Assembly: GCA_052327205.1 (NCBI GenBank)
Contig: CM126220.1
Coordinates: 27,900,001 to 27,964,000 of the forward strand
Length of the DNA: 64,000 bases
Origin: Somniosus microcephalus
Taxonomy: Eukaryota
Direction of reading: 5' to 3'
Part shown: piece after piece, positions 46,778 to 58,864 of the stretch
How the letters are laid out: the number at the start of each line of letters is the position of its first letter
Numbering within the stretch: position 1 is the first letter of the stretch
Position numbers and translations under genes: made by a program
The notes under the pieces: generated by a model
What the model saw: the letters and a program-made list of their open reading frames with translations, nothing else
Told to the model about the DNA's origin: nothing
Databases searched by the model: none

Positions 46778-48550
46778 CAGATGAGATGTTAAACCGAGGC
46801 CCCATCTGCCCTCTCAGGTGGATGTAAAAGATTCTATAGCACTATTTGAAAAAGAGCAAGGGACTACTTCCTGGTGTGCTGGCCAATATTTTTCCCTCAA
46901 CCAGTAACCCCACTATTTAAAAAAGGTGGTAGAGAAAAAATGGGGAATTATAGACCAGTAAGCCTGACATCGGTAGTGGGGAAAATGCTAGAGTCCATTA
47001 TAAAAGATGTAATAGCAGAGCACTTGGAAAACAGTGACAGGATCGGACAAAGTCAACATGGATTTACAAAAGGTAAATCATGCTTGACTAACCTACTGGA
47101 ATTTTTTGAGGATGTAACTGGTAGAATAGATAAGGGAGAACCAGTGGATGTGGTGTATTTGGACTTTCAGAAGGCTTTCGATAAGGTCCCGCATAAGGGA
47201 TTAGCGTGCAAAGTTAAAGCACATGGGATTGGGGGTAAGGTACTGACTTGGATAGAAAACTGGTTGGCAGACGGGAAGCAAAGAGTTGGAATAAACGGGT
47301 CTTTTTCCGAGTGGAAGGCAGTGACTAGTGGGGTACCGCAGGGATCGGTGCTAGGACCCCAGTTATTCACAATATATATTAATGATCTAGATGAGGGAAC
47401 TAGATGTAATATCTCCAAGTTTGCAGATGACACAAAGCTGGGTGGGCGTGTGTGCTGTGAGGAGGATGCAGAGAAACTCCAGTACGATTTGGACAGGTTG
47501 GGTGATTGGGCAATGCACGGCAGATGCAGTATAATGTGGATAAATGGGAGGTTATCCACTTTGGTGACAAAAACAGGAAGGCAGATTATTATCTGAACGG
47601 CAATAGATTGGGAAAAGAGGAAGTGCAACGAGACCTGGGTGTCCTTGTGCACCAGTCGCTGAAGGTAAGCATGCAGGTGCAGCAGGCAGTTAAGAAGGCA
47701 AATGGTATGCTGGCCTTCATAGCGAGAGGATTCGAGTACAGGAGCAAGGATGTCTTGCTGCAGTTGTACAGGGCCTTGGTGAGACCACACCTTGAGTATT
47801 GTGTGCAGTTTTGGTCGCCTTATCTGAGGAAGGATGTTCTTGCCATGGAGGGAGTGCAGCGAAGATTGACCAGACTGATATATGGGATGGCAGGAATGAC
47901 GTATGAAGAGAGATTGGGTCGATTAGGCTTATATTCGCTAGAGTTAGAAGAATGAGAGGGGATCTCATTGAAACTTATAAAATTCTAACAGGACTAGACA
48001 GACTAGATGCAGGAAGGCTGTTCCCGATGGTGGGGGAGTCCAGAACCAGGGGTCACAGTCTAAGGATAAGGGGTAAGCCATTTAGGACTTCGATGAGGAG
48101 GAATTTCTTCACCCAGAGAGTGGTGAACCTGTGGAATTCTCTACCACAAAAGACAGTTGAGGCCAATTCATTAAATATATTCAAGAAGGAGTTAGATATA
48201 TTTCTTAAGGCTAAGGGGATCAAGGGATATGGGGAGAAAGCAGGGACAGGGTACTGAATTTGGATGATCAGCCATGATCACATTGAATGGCGAAGCAGGC
48301 TCGAGGGGCCGAATGGCCTACTCCTGCTCCTATCTTTTATGTTTCTATGTTTCAACCAACATCACTAGAAACAGTTTATCTGCTCATTATCACATTGCTA
48401 TTTGTTGGACCTTGTTGTGTGCAAATTGGCTGCCGTGCTTCCTACATTATGACAGTGACTACACTTCAAAAATAATTCATTGGCTGCAAAGCACTTTAGA
48501 ACGTCCTGAGGTCATGAAAGGTACTATATAAATGCAAGTCTTTTTTTCTT
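46778..48550 (+). mobile_element. DeuSINE (46778-46903 and 48352-48550) split by a CR1
   Basis: The Deu domain continues seamlessly across the CR1. Confidence 0.85.
46904..48351 (+). mobile_element. Young 5'-truncated CR1 LINE, RT domain with two frameshifts
   Basis: [45 protein letters not shown]; 7-bp TSD TCAACCA (46897-46903 / 48352-48358). Confidence 0.95.
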
Positions 48551-48624
48551 TCAAAAGGGAAGGCCATGCATGATCAACCTTATTGAATTATTTGAAGAAG
48601 TAACAGAACAGAACTTACTTCCAA

Positions 48625-49410
48625 TTTACGAACAAGCCCCAGTTTGTTTAATTTCTCCTGAGAACTAAAGCCTCTCATCCCTGATATCATAGTTAATCGC
48701 TTATACACCCTCTCCATGGCCTTGATATTTTTCCGAAAATCAGGTGCCCAAAACTAGACACAGTATTTTAACTGCGACAAAACCAATGACTTGTATAGAT
48801 TGAGCATTACCTCTTTGCTTTTGTATTCCATGATTCTATTTATAAAACCTAAGATCCCATATGATTTTTTTAAAAAGCTTTATCAATTTGTCGTTCACTT
48901 TTAAGGGTTTGGATCCTTAAGTTTCTGCATTCCTCCCTACCTTTTAAAGTTTTACCATTTAATGTGTATTTCCTCTCATTCTTCCTCCCAAGATGTATCA
49001 CTTCAGATTTCTCCACATTAAATTTCATCTGACATCTATCTATCCAATCTGCTAATCTGTCTAAGGTCTCCTGAAGTCACTTATAGTCCTCTTCACAATG
49101 AATCACTATTTTTGTGTTCTCTGCACATTTTGATATTGTGCCCTCTAAAGCCAGTCTGAAAGATATTCATTAATTGTAATGCTCTATCTTCTGACCTTTA
49201 ACCAACTTCCTAACCATGCTACCGCATTAATACCGTGTGACTTAATTTTATCAATAAGCCTCCTATATGGCACCATATTAAGTGCTTTTTGAAATTTCCT
49301 ATACACAACCACTGCATTCCCTTTATCAATGCATTGTTATTTTCGCAAAATAACTCAAGTTGACTTGCCTTATACACATGTGCTGCCTGCCCTTAATTAA
49401 CCCAAAATAA
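48625..49410 (-). mobile_element. Old CR1 RT fragment
   Basis: Degenerate antisense match to the CR1 RT and C-terminal region. Confidence 0.7.
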
Positions 49411-49846
49411 TTAATGAACTCCTGCCCTTCATATACCAATTGCTCCACTCCAAATGCAGTTGTGCTAGAGTCAGCCTAAACCTGGTATAATGTAAGCCTT
49501 TTGTTTGCCACATGTTCACCATTACTGGGCATAAATATAGTTCCATTTCCCTGGATTTACTATTACTGAACCCCCAGCAATCTCATATTACATGGCTGTA
49601 TTTGATTCTTTTCGACTGCATCACAGGTTCTTATCCATATCAGTGACTTACTGCTTTGTGTCCCAGATTATTGCATTTAAAACATTTAAGTTCTTGACTA
49701 TCTCTCCTCTGTGATCTGCATGGCCAACACAGGCTCACAGGGCGCAGGTTGATCAACCGATTCTATGATCTTTCTAACTAATGATATACAAACGCTTATA
49801 CAACAGCAAAATACTGCGGATGCTGGAAATCTGAAATAAAAACAGA

Positions 49847-50342
49847 CCAAGATGGAAACATCGAGAAAGACTGAGGGGGCACTTTATTTATTTATTTAAA
49901 TTAATTAATTAATTAATTAATTAATTAATTAATTAAATTTATTTAATTATAAGTTGTGAGTTCCTCACGATGCTCTCCCAGTGCGGCCACCCTGTAACCA
50001 GAGATTATTCTAGAAGCCTGGGTAGAAATATCAATGTAATTACTGTAGAAATTACTTTTTTTACATTATTGCTTGTTCATTTTATGTGCTGTCTTTTTAT
50101 ATCTTTTATTTATTTTATGTCTGCTTTATTTATATTTAAAGTATGTATGCGTGTATATGTTGGTATGTGTTTTTTTGTGATGGTGCCGATGAAGATGGCT
50201 GCCGTCCTTGCGAGCTCCGTGCATACCAGGCAGCTCAGTGTTCTTGCTGCTTGGTGCTCTCGGCTCGTCAAGAAAAAAGCATTTCACTGACTAATTACAC
50301 TTCTTGTATTTAGTTAGTGACCAATAAAATTGAAATTGAAAT
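49847..50342 (+). mobile_element. Rex1/Babar-like 3' insertion containing an (ATTA)n microsatellite
   Basis: Ends with a 16-bp hairpin (50284-50320), AATAAA (50323-50328) and an (aattga)n tail; (TTTA)n(TTAA)n at 49882-49950. Confidence 0.5.
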
Positions 50343-50520
50343 ACTCAGCAGCTCAGGCAGCATCTGCGGAGAGAGAGAAATATGTAATGGCTTTTAATCT
50401 CTCCTGCCTTCCGCCCTATCATAGGCCTTCCCTTTTGTTCTTTCCTCCCCTCCCTCCTTTCCCTCCCTCTGTACTTGCTTAAAACTTGATACATCTCTAA
50501 CTTTTTCCAGTACTGACCTC

Positions 50521-50931
50521 AAAAATAAAAACTTGCATTTATATAGCGCCTTTCACGACCACAGGACGTCCCAAAGCAAAGTAATTTTGATGTGTAGTCA
50601 CTGTTATAATGTAGGAAACGCAGCAGCCAATCTGTGCACAGCAAGCTCCCACAAACAGCAATGTGATAATGACCAGATAATCTGTTTTTTAGTGATGTTG
50701 GTTGAGGGATAAATATTGGCCAGGACACTGGGGATAACTCTCCTGCTCTTCTTCAAAATAGTGCCATGGGATCTTTTACGTCCACTTGAGAGAGAGAGAG
50801 CAGACAAGGCCTCAGTTTAACGTCTCATCCGAAAAATGGAACCTCCGACAATGCAGCGCGCCCTGAGTACTGCACTGGAGTGTCAGCCTAGATTTTTGTG
50901 CTCAAGTCTCTGGAGTGGGACTTGAACCCAC

Positions 50932-50973
<42 letters not shown>

Positions 50974-50983
50974 TGGCTGACAC
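50521..50983 (-). mobile_element. Full-length DeuSINE (SacSINE1-like)
   Basis: Complete antisense head, Deu domain and tail. Confidence 0.9.
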
Positions 50984-53085
50984 ATGAAACATTAACTCTG
51001 TTTCTCTCGCCGCAGATGCCGCCTGACCTGCTGAGTATTTCCAGCATTTTCTGTTTTTACATCCAAATACTTCTTGGAAAAGGAGTAGGCAGTCGATTCC
51101 TAACGGTTAGTCTTTCTTGGAATTGCTCTTGGTAGGCATTCCTACTACAGAGTTGCGTCTTACCTCTGTCTGTTACAGCTTGGTCAAAACTGAAATTGAT
51201 GTATCAAAAGTGTCCAATCCCTTAGAAATACAGTGTAGCATTTGAGAAGTCAATTTGAGGCACTTTACTTGAATAGTGAACATCAAGCTTCATATTACAT
51301 CCACAAAGGCATACCGATGGTCACCTCAGATGTCTCACAAATGTTGTTTAGGTTAGGGCTATCCTGATCACATTATATTGTGGAATCAGAGAGCTGGATA
51401 ATAGAGGAGATGTGATGGAAGAGGAAGGCTTGGTTTAATGTATCAAATGCTACAGAGAAGTCGGGAGGACAAGGAAAGGTAGATGGTCACAGTCACAGAG
51501 GATTTCATTCATGACTTTAGCCAGGGCAGGCTCCTTTAGCCAGGGCAGTCTCAGTGCTGGGAACTGAACTCAGTGCTCCTGAACTAGGGAAGGGATAAAA
51601 GGCCAGGCTTCTTACTTGTGATTGCGATCCATTATACTCGATTATAAAAAGCATGCATGTGGATGTCAAGTGAGGACATAATGAGGCTCAGGATGATACC
51701 TGCCACAGTGAAACAGCCCGTTCACATTCACTGTCTAGACTCATATGCGAAGAAGAATGGCCACTTGGATGAGCTACCCGTATGGCTGGTGTCTGTGGAA
51801 CTGTATTCTAGCAAAAGTCAGCACTTTCAGGAGAGCGGCGGGGTGGGGAAGTACAATCATTTTAAGATGCAAAGTCAAATCTATGTGATAAACACATAGG
51901 CCATTCTAACTATGAGTCAGTATTGCAGATGGGGGAAGAAGTGTCCTTAAAGTATGTAATATAGTACATTTTACATGGTTCTGATTTTGCAATGAGAGTG
52001 AATGCTTCCAGGGGACAGAGAAAACAGTTAGATTTTTTTAAACAAAAAAAAGAAGTGAAAGTTATATTCAAATGAGTTATGGTGGGCTTGCCACGAGTGT
52101 TTTTTCTCACACAAGGCTTGGGTTCCTCATGTGCGTTCCATTTATAGAACATAATTTGATTTGTCTTTTAATTGTTATTTCGAAGTAGTTTTGTTGATTT
52201 TGGGCAAACTTACCAATGTGGATTCAGACCTGCGGTGTGACATGTGAGTAACATCATAGCACAGGCAGAAAGTTACTTGAAATTAGCAAGCAAAAAAGAA
52301 ATTAATCATTCAAAAATTGATCAAGAAGTGGACAGCTCACCAAAAAATTCAAATTAAATCGAACTTCTGGTTCCTCATAATGGTTCAGTGGGGTGGGTAG
52401 CGGGGTTGGGGAGGTAAATGCATCAGGTAAATGCAGGTTGATTTCTGGACTATGCTGATTTACTTATTCTGAGCCATCAAGGCAACAACCTCAGCTATTG
52501 TGAAATTGTACCCCAGCAAGAATCAGCACCTCAATGAAAAGAGAGGAGAAAACTGGGGGGGTGACAGAATGGAAAAAAAGCCTCCTGTTTTTTTCTTTGG
52601 GTTTTCATATCTTGTCTTGACTGTGTTGACATATGCTGTGGTACAGTTCCATGGGTCCCAGCATTCAATCAGGATCGTCCAAATGATCAATCTTCATGTG
52701 TGAACCTCATATCCTGGTGTCTGCATAGGTGGGCTATCCAACAAGTGACAGGTCTGATGGTAAATAAAAAGTGCTAATTGTTGGTTGATGCCAGCACTGA
52801 GCATTAATCACCAAGATAACCGAACTTAAACTTAAAATGTACAGAACTGACTGCTCCTTGCTTTTTGTTTTTAAATTTTGACTTGCTATTCAAATTATTT
52901 GTTATTTCTAATTAAAAATGTCCAACCTATCGCAGGAACTAATAAATATTGGAAGTTGTTTTGTATATGGTTGAATTGAATAAGGTGCTCACGCCTCTTT
53001 GTGTATTACAGACCTTATCTCATTGAATACCCCTTATCTCATTGAATACCATGAGTTATAATTGAATCTGACAAAATCTTGATAA

Positions 53086-53211
53086 GATAGCAAAATACTG
53101 CAGATGCTGGAAATCCGAAATAACAACAGAAAATGCTGGAAAAACTCAGCAGGCCAGGCAACATCCGTGGGGAGAGAAACAGAGTCAACGTTTCGGGTCG
53201 AAACCCTTCTC
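53086..53211 (-). mobile_element. 126-bp Penelope terminal fragment with TSD, upstream of grk3
   Basis: 12-bp TSD AAATCTTGATAA (53074-53085 / 53212-53223); closely matches 16435-16559. Confidence 0.85.
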
Positions 53212-53719
53212 AAATCTTGATAATGTCGCTCTTTCTGACACCAACCTGATTGTACCATTTTAAATCTGAAATAGGCTTCACAAGCGCCTCCAGTTTGCTT
53301 CAAGCACAAGTAGCCAATTTTTTTTGTCTCTCTTTTCCGATGTGTATTTTTTGTTCTCAAAAGATAAAGCTGTTTGCAAATTTCTGTATTTACTGTAGAA
53401 GAAGCCTCAGTCAGCCAGTGACCCTGATCCGGCAAGCCTCTGATTAGAAAAATAAGAGAACTCCAGTTCCACGTTTTCAGAGAGATCCTCTCTTTGACAC
53501 CAGGAGGAAGTGGAAAGCTTCAGTCTCTGCTCATGGCCACTGTACAACAGAGAGCATCAGTCTGCACCAAGAAAAAAGGGACAAAATAAAGACTGTTGGG
53601 GCAGAGAAGATCTAAGGAAAAAAGACCCTTCTCTTGAAAGCTATCCTGGAGGCTTCCTATTCCAGGAATGAGGACTGAAACCTGGCTGGTTCCCAGATGA
53701 TACAGTTGGACAGAGTTTC

Positions 53720-53942
53720 TGTCTGTTAGCTCATTGAAGAAGCTCTTGGTCTCCCCCCCTCCCTCTTTCTCTCTCTCTGAAGCAGGGCTTCTTGTTTCCC
53801 CCTGGGGAGGTTGCAGTGTTCCCCTCCCTGCCTTGGGCCTGCCTCTGGCAGTTTGTGGGTGCCCGCGTCCCTCTGCTTTTGCCCTTCTTTGCGAGCCTCC
53901 CTTGCCTCTGTGTGTGTGTGTCTCTCTCTCTCTCCCAGCAAG
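53720..53942 (+). promoter_or_regulatory. grk3: Probable grk3 5' UTR / proximal promoter
   Basis: Pyrimidine-rich leader with a (TG)n(TC)n microsatellite just before the ATG; no clear TATA box and only modest CpG content. Confidence 0.45.
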
Positions 53943-54055
53943 ATGGCGGACTTGGAGGCTGTGTTGGCTGATGTGAGCTATTTAATGGCGATGGAGAAAA
54001 GCAAATCGACTCCAGCCGCCAGAGCCAGCAAGAAAATTGTACTTCCAGAGCCCAG
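53943..54055 (+). CDS. grk3: G protein-coupled receptor kinase 3 (beta-adrenergic receptor kinase 2), coding exon 1
   Basis: Kozak caagATGG; [37 protein letters not shown](S); donor CCCAG|gtaaga; 113 nt. Invariant GRK2/3 N-terminus; IVLP and the position after crybb2 favour GRK3. Confidence 0.94.
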
Positions 54056-56164
54056 GTAAGACATGAACGAAAGAAAGAATGAATTCTGAGGGGAAAATGT
54101 CTCCAAATCTGAATTTAAATGATGCAGCCCCGTTTGTCATGTCAAGCGCAGCACCTCCGAATTACCATCAAAACACAACAACAGCAGCAGCTGTCATTTA
54201 TTGCACGAATTCTTAATAATATATGAAAACATAAATACGTTATTAACAGAAGCCAAAGAGATCAAACGCGCATAACCTCGGTGCAAATCCAGCGGGATTG
54301 AATCGACAGTTCGATCCGAGACATTCTCTGCAGCCTCGCCGTTAATATCCCAATTTGAGTGAATCACAAATTTGCTTTATTTATTTTTAAAATGTTAAAT
54401 ACCTCATTAAAAGGACTAACGTTTATGAAGTGATGCTATAGCCCTAAAAAAAAAACAACATCGTGCCAACAGGGTCATGCATATATATATTTGTAAAAAA
54501 TCAAAAAATATATATTCCCAGTGCAGAAAAAGTGCAAACCCAAAATAATATAGGTTGGAATGATTTATTTTGTTCTTGTCGAGCTATCACGTGAGGCCTC
54601 TGTCCATTTTCTGCATTAACACATCCCCAGTAAGAATTATACTTAAGAATTTGTTTTATCTGATCAAAATTAATTTGAATAAAAAATGAAAAACAGCTTC
54701 ACAAAGAAATTAAATTGGAGAAGATGGTTTAATGGTTTATTTTTAAAAAATAGCACTGCTATCAATTTAAGATTATGTCTTCATGCAATGAGGCTGAATC
54801 GTAATAGATTTTTTTTTAGAAAAGCTCTCGTAAAGTGAGATTACATGTGAATGCAGTATCATGTAAAATTGGATACAAAATTTGGTGTATATTCAGCAAA
54901 ATCCATTTTTGGGAGGAAAAGGCGCAAAATAAATGTTTAATTTTTGAAAATAGGCCATTCATGCTAGGAGTAACAAGATTGTGTAGGTTTTATGGTTCCT
55001 TCCTGTCTGATTTGAACAAACAAGCACAGCAGAGTGTGCAATGTGTGTTGTGAGAGAGTTTGTGGATACGTTGCTTCTTAACTGTGAACAATAATAATTT
55101 GGAAATTCAGATTAAAGCAAGGACATTGGGAAATTAAATGAAATTAATTTTAAGTGCAAATATGGTGCATGTGTTTGTGTTTGCTGAATGTTATAGTGTT
55201 CTGATTGTTACATACTGTATGTATTCAAGGGCTGTAACTCAATCGGTCCTTAAAAGACTAAATGTTTGAGGAAGAGGAGGTAAACTGATATCAAATTTGG
55301 CTAAATTGCTGATAATTGTCCCCTACTACTCTTAAAGAACAAAGCTACTTTGTTGTAAATATAGTGTTCAGTATATGATTGTGTGTGTGTTTATATATAA
55401 ATATATACTTATGAAACTATACACAGGTTTTGTATATCTGTTACATGTAGTGTCTGTTGTAGGACTTAATAAAAATTAAAGTTATGTCATTTCTCCCCAC
55501 CCCCAAAGAGACCCACTTGTCAGTTTTGAACACATTTTCAATTCAATTGACCAGCCTTGCAATTTTTGTTGTGGATGTGATGCACTCACAGGAAACAAAA
55601 CAAGTTAGCCGATTTCCAGAGGGGGAATCTGGTTGTTATTTTTTTAAAAACAAATTCCATCAGTTTTAAAAAAGGTTCTTTTATTTAAAAAAAGGCTGTA
55701 AATATGTATATCAAAGTAACTATTATGAGGTTGTCTGGCTGACAATCTATTAAGCATCATTGGTGATGGTGATAAAGTATTCTCTCTGATCCATATTTTG
55801 AGCCTTTCAGGTGTTTTTTTTAAAAAAAACATTTCTTTCAATCATTAGATTTTTTTCCTAAAATGATAGTCTAGGAAAAAATATCCCATAGTGTTGAATG
55901 TTACAAAACTAGGAATTAAGCAAATGTAGATTCCAGGAATGAACCTCTGTTTATAATATCATTTGAATGACTTGTAAATTACCATTGTGCTTTCACTAGC
56001 ATGAAAGGCCCTTAATTCACAAACGCTGCGGGAGTGAGTTACGAAGAGCTCTCTCGCTAATGAAAGAGGAGTTTGACTGCATCATTTCCCCCCTTGCTGT
56101 GATAGTTTGCAATACTTATTCTTTGGCAGTTGATTGGCTGGGTTCGACGTCAGTTTGGAAGTTC

Positions 56165-56500
56165 CCCTTTGGTCTAGTGAGAAAAGGCACTGCCAGGTGT
56201 AGCATTAAGTAATATAGACCAGAATGTCCCAGGTTCAGTACCCGGTCTGTGTGGAGTTATCTGATCTAATCTGGGGTGTTACAATTGATCTCCGCGCCTT
56301 GGGATTAGGGATGGGAAAAATCAGCCATGGTTCTTACTTCTGATTGCTACCCAGTGGCCTCTGTTAGAAAGTGTGTGGGGTCAATGTTGCCCCCCATGGT
56401 TGAAGCTACCTGACACTGTCGAGGCTCAGAAATGAAGAATAGCCACTTAGGCGAGTTACCAACTGGCTGCCGGCATTCATGGAACTTTACCCCAGCACAT
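56165..56500 (+). mobile_element. SINE-X copy (grk3 intron 1)
   Basis: Same family blocks. Further copies at about 1885-2125, 19190-19445, 37170-37450, 51560-51850, 52370-52560 and 57305-57605 (+), and 41245-41395, 52600-52745 and 62292-62660 (-). Confidence 0.65.
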
Positions 56501-56684
56501 GTTAATTGCATTCAGTTTTTCATGGGTTTACAATTCTGCCGCTGGAATGAGAGTCAGATTTAGTGTAAACTGCTGGTCGCTGAACTGGCACACTGTCAGT
56601 ATTAAAGGGGCTTCAGAGAGATCACCAGAATGGTTGATGTGTGGAATGGTGATTCAGGGGGTTCTGTTGTAGTTGGAACTGGGA

Positions 56685-56935
56685 ATATTGATGGGATGGA
56701 ACACAGGAAGCTTTACTCTGCATCTAATTCGTGCTTTCCTGATCTCATTGAAGGAGGCAGTTTAGATCGAGCATTATTCTGCATTTAGCTGAGTTGTACC
56801 TGAACTCGGAGTGCCTGATGGAGAATTGCAGAGGGATTTTTACTCTGGATCTACCCCAGGGCAGAGGCAGCTTTATCTTTCATTCAAATATACTGTACCT
56901 GATCTTGGAGTGCTTGATGCTAACACTGAGTGCAC
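56685..56935 (+). repeat. Degenerate tandem repeat, about 4 units of roughly 60-65 bp
   Basis: Recurring agag.gagctttactctg.atcta....gctgtacctga.ct.ggagtg.ttgatg; a reverse-complement unit occurs at about 31875-31955. Confidence 0.55.
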
Positions 56936-57926
56936 AGGCTGGAAGATGTTTCCGTGCCCAGCATGGTCAACCCTGACATGGATGAGCATATATATATATA
57001 TAATCAAATTTTAAAAAAATTGCTAAAATTTGCTCAGTTCTGTATTTAGATAGAAATTATTGTTCACCGTGAAGCTTCATGCAGAAACATATTTATCGAC
57101 ACCATGCCTGCAATTATATCACAACAATACCTTGGGTTTCTGGAACATCCCTTTAATTACTATTATTATTTGTTCCTTTTTAAAAAAGAAAAAACTGATT
57201 TTCTGCTGCCTCTAGCTTTCCCAATGCCATGGCCCGTTCTCCAGCTGTTGGGCAGTTGGCTCAAGGTATTGAAGCTCTTTTTTAATTTAAGATGGAATTA
57301 TTGAGCTCCCCAATGGCTCAGTGAGTTTATCTGGTGAGTAACAGCCGTACAAACCAGGAAAGGGCCTAGTTTCATCGCTGGTATATATGCTGAGTTGTTT
57401 GGGCAATGTTAAGGATGCTAAAATAGACCTTGGTGCCCCCGGGTTAGGGAAGGGAAAAGTTCATGTGTCATGTGATGGATACAAGATTGGGCATGGCTGT
57501 CATGACTCACACCCCGCCCCCTTAGCCAAGCAGTCACTGTTGATGCTCAGGTGTTAATAACTTGGAGAGCAACAAGCAACCGTGGAAAGGGAGAGGGAGA
57601 AAATTGTTGAGAAAATTGATGTTTTAAGGCGGAGAACAAAAAATTGCTAAATATTATTAGGCTTTCATCTTTACAGTTTATACAAGTCCAGTTCTATTCT
57701 ATCCAGGAGATGAACAAGAACATTCCAGAGAATCCATCTTTCTGTCCCAATGGGGCATGCCTCATTGCTCCCGATGACATACCACACCATCGGGACTCCC
57801 CAGACGCCACAGCAGTTTTAACTACAATCACTAATTTTTAAAAAATAATTACATTTTTATAAATAGCAAGACTGACTGCCATAAATATCAAGTGTGTTCT
57901 GTTTTTACTGCTTTGAACTGTCTCCG

Positions 57927-58495
57927 ACAACAACAGCAACAACTTGTATTTATATAGCGCCTTTAACGTAGTAAAACGTCCCAAGGCGCTTCACAGGAAC
58001 GTTATTGAACAAAATTTGACACCAAGACACACATTAGGACAGATGAGAGGTAGGTTTTAAGGAGTGTCTTAAAGGAGGAAAGAGAGGAGGAGAGGTTTAA
58101 CGAGGGAATTCCAGAGCTTAGGGCCTTGGCAGCTGAAGGCACGGCCACCAATGATGGAGTGATTTAAAATCGGAAATGCTCAAGAGGCCAGAATTGGAGC
58201 GCAGATACCTCAGGGGGCGGAGGATGTCGGGCTGGAGGAGGTTACAGAGATAGGGTGGGGCGAGGCCATGGAGGGATTTGAAAACGAGGATGAGGATTTT
58301 AAAATCGAGGCGTTGCTTAACCAGGTGCCAGTGTAAGTCACTGGAGATGGGTGAACGGGACTTGGTGCGAGTGAGGACACGGGTAGTAGCGTTTTGGATG
58401 ACCTCAAGTTTACATAGGGTAGAACATGGGCGACCGGCCAGGAGTGCATTGGAATAGTCAAATCTAGAGGTAACAAAGCATGGATGAGGATTTTG
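57927..58495 (-). mobile_element. L2-clade LINE 3' fragment
   Basis: Minus strand encodes LIHA..TSRFDYSNALLAG; tail ggcgctatataaatacaag(ttg)n. Confidence 0.85.
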
Positions 58496-58864
58496 AAAAT
58501 TCCAGCAGCATGGTGCAAAACTGCTCCAGCCTCCTACGGAGGGTTAATTGTGCATTTAATGGCACAACGGGCTTCACTCTTGTGTCAAAATGAATTCCCA
58601 TGAACCATCAGCTTGGAGATATAAAAGTCAACTTGATAGAATATCCTTCCCTGCAATTCCTTTTGTGAAGATACCTGAATTTTTTGTAGCAGATGTCAAT
58701 AACAGGAATATGCAGTTTGTCTACTTGTGTCACTGATGTGTGTCCTACAGCCCTAGTTTGTGGCTCTACAATGACAGGAACCCGTCGGTAAGGAAATGTC
58801 AATACCTTTGTGATAGATGCAGTGAGGGAAAAATTTGGTTCCAGCTTTGTGCCCCTCCTCTCCC

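Larger units (their letters stand above)
49803..51062. mobile_element. Penelope terminal repeats in inverted arrangement (minus: 49803-49846 and 50340-50380; plus: 50385-50520 and 50985-51062), each interrupted by another element
   Basis: caaaatactgcggatgctggaaatc... and its reverse complement ...cagatgccgcctgacctgctgagtatttccagcattttctg. Confidence 0.75.

Noticed and set aside
46874-48257. Intact reverse transcriptase gene or domesticated RT
   Set aside because: 5'-truncated, frameshifted CR1 with a TSD; the same holds for 20555-21304 and for the antisense shadow ORFs.
53811-53942. 44-aa N-terminal extension of GRK3 in the ORF track
   Set aside because: Starts at TTG and translates a microsatellite-containing UTR; the conserved MADLEAV start has a strong Kozak context.
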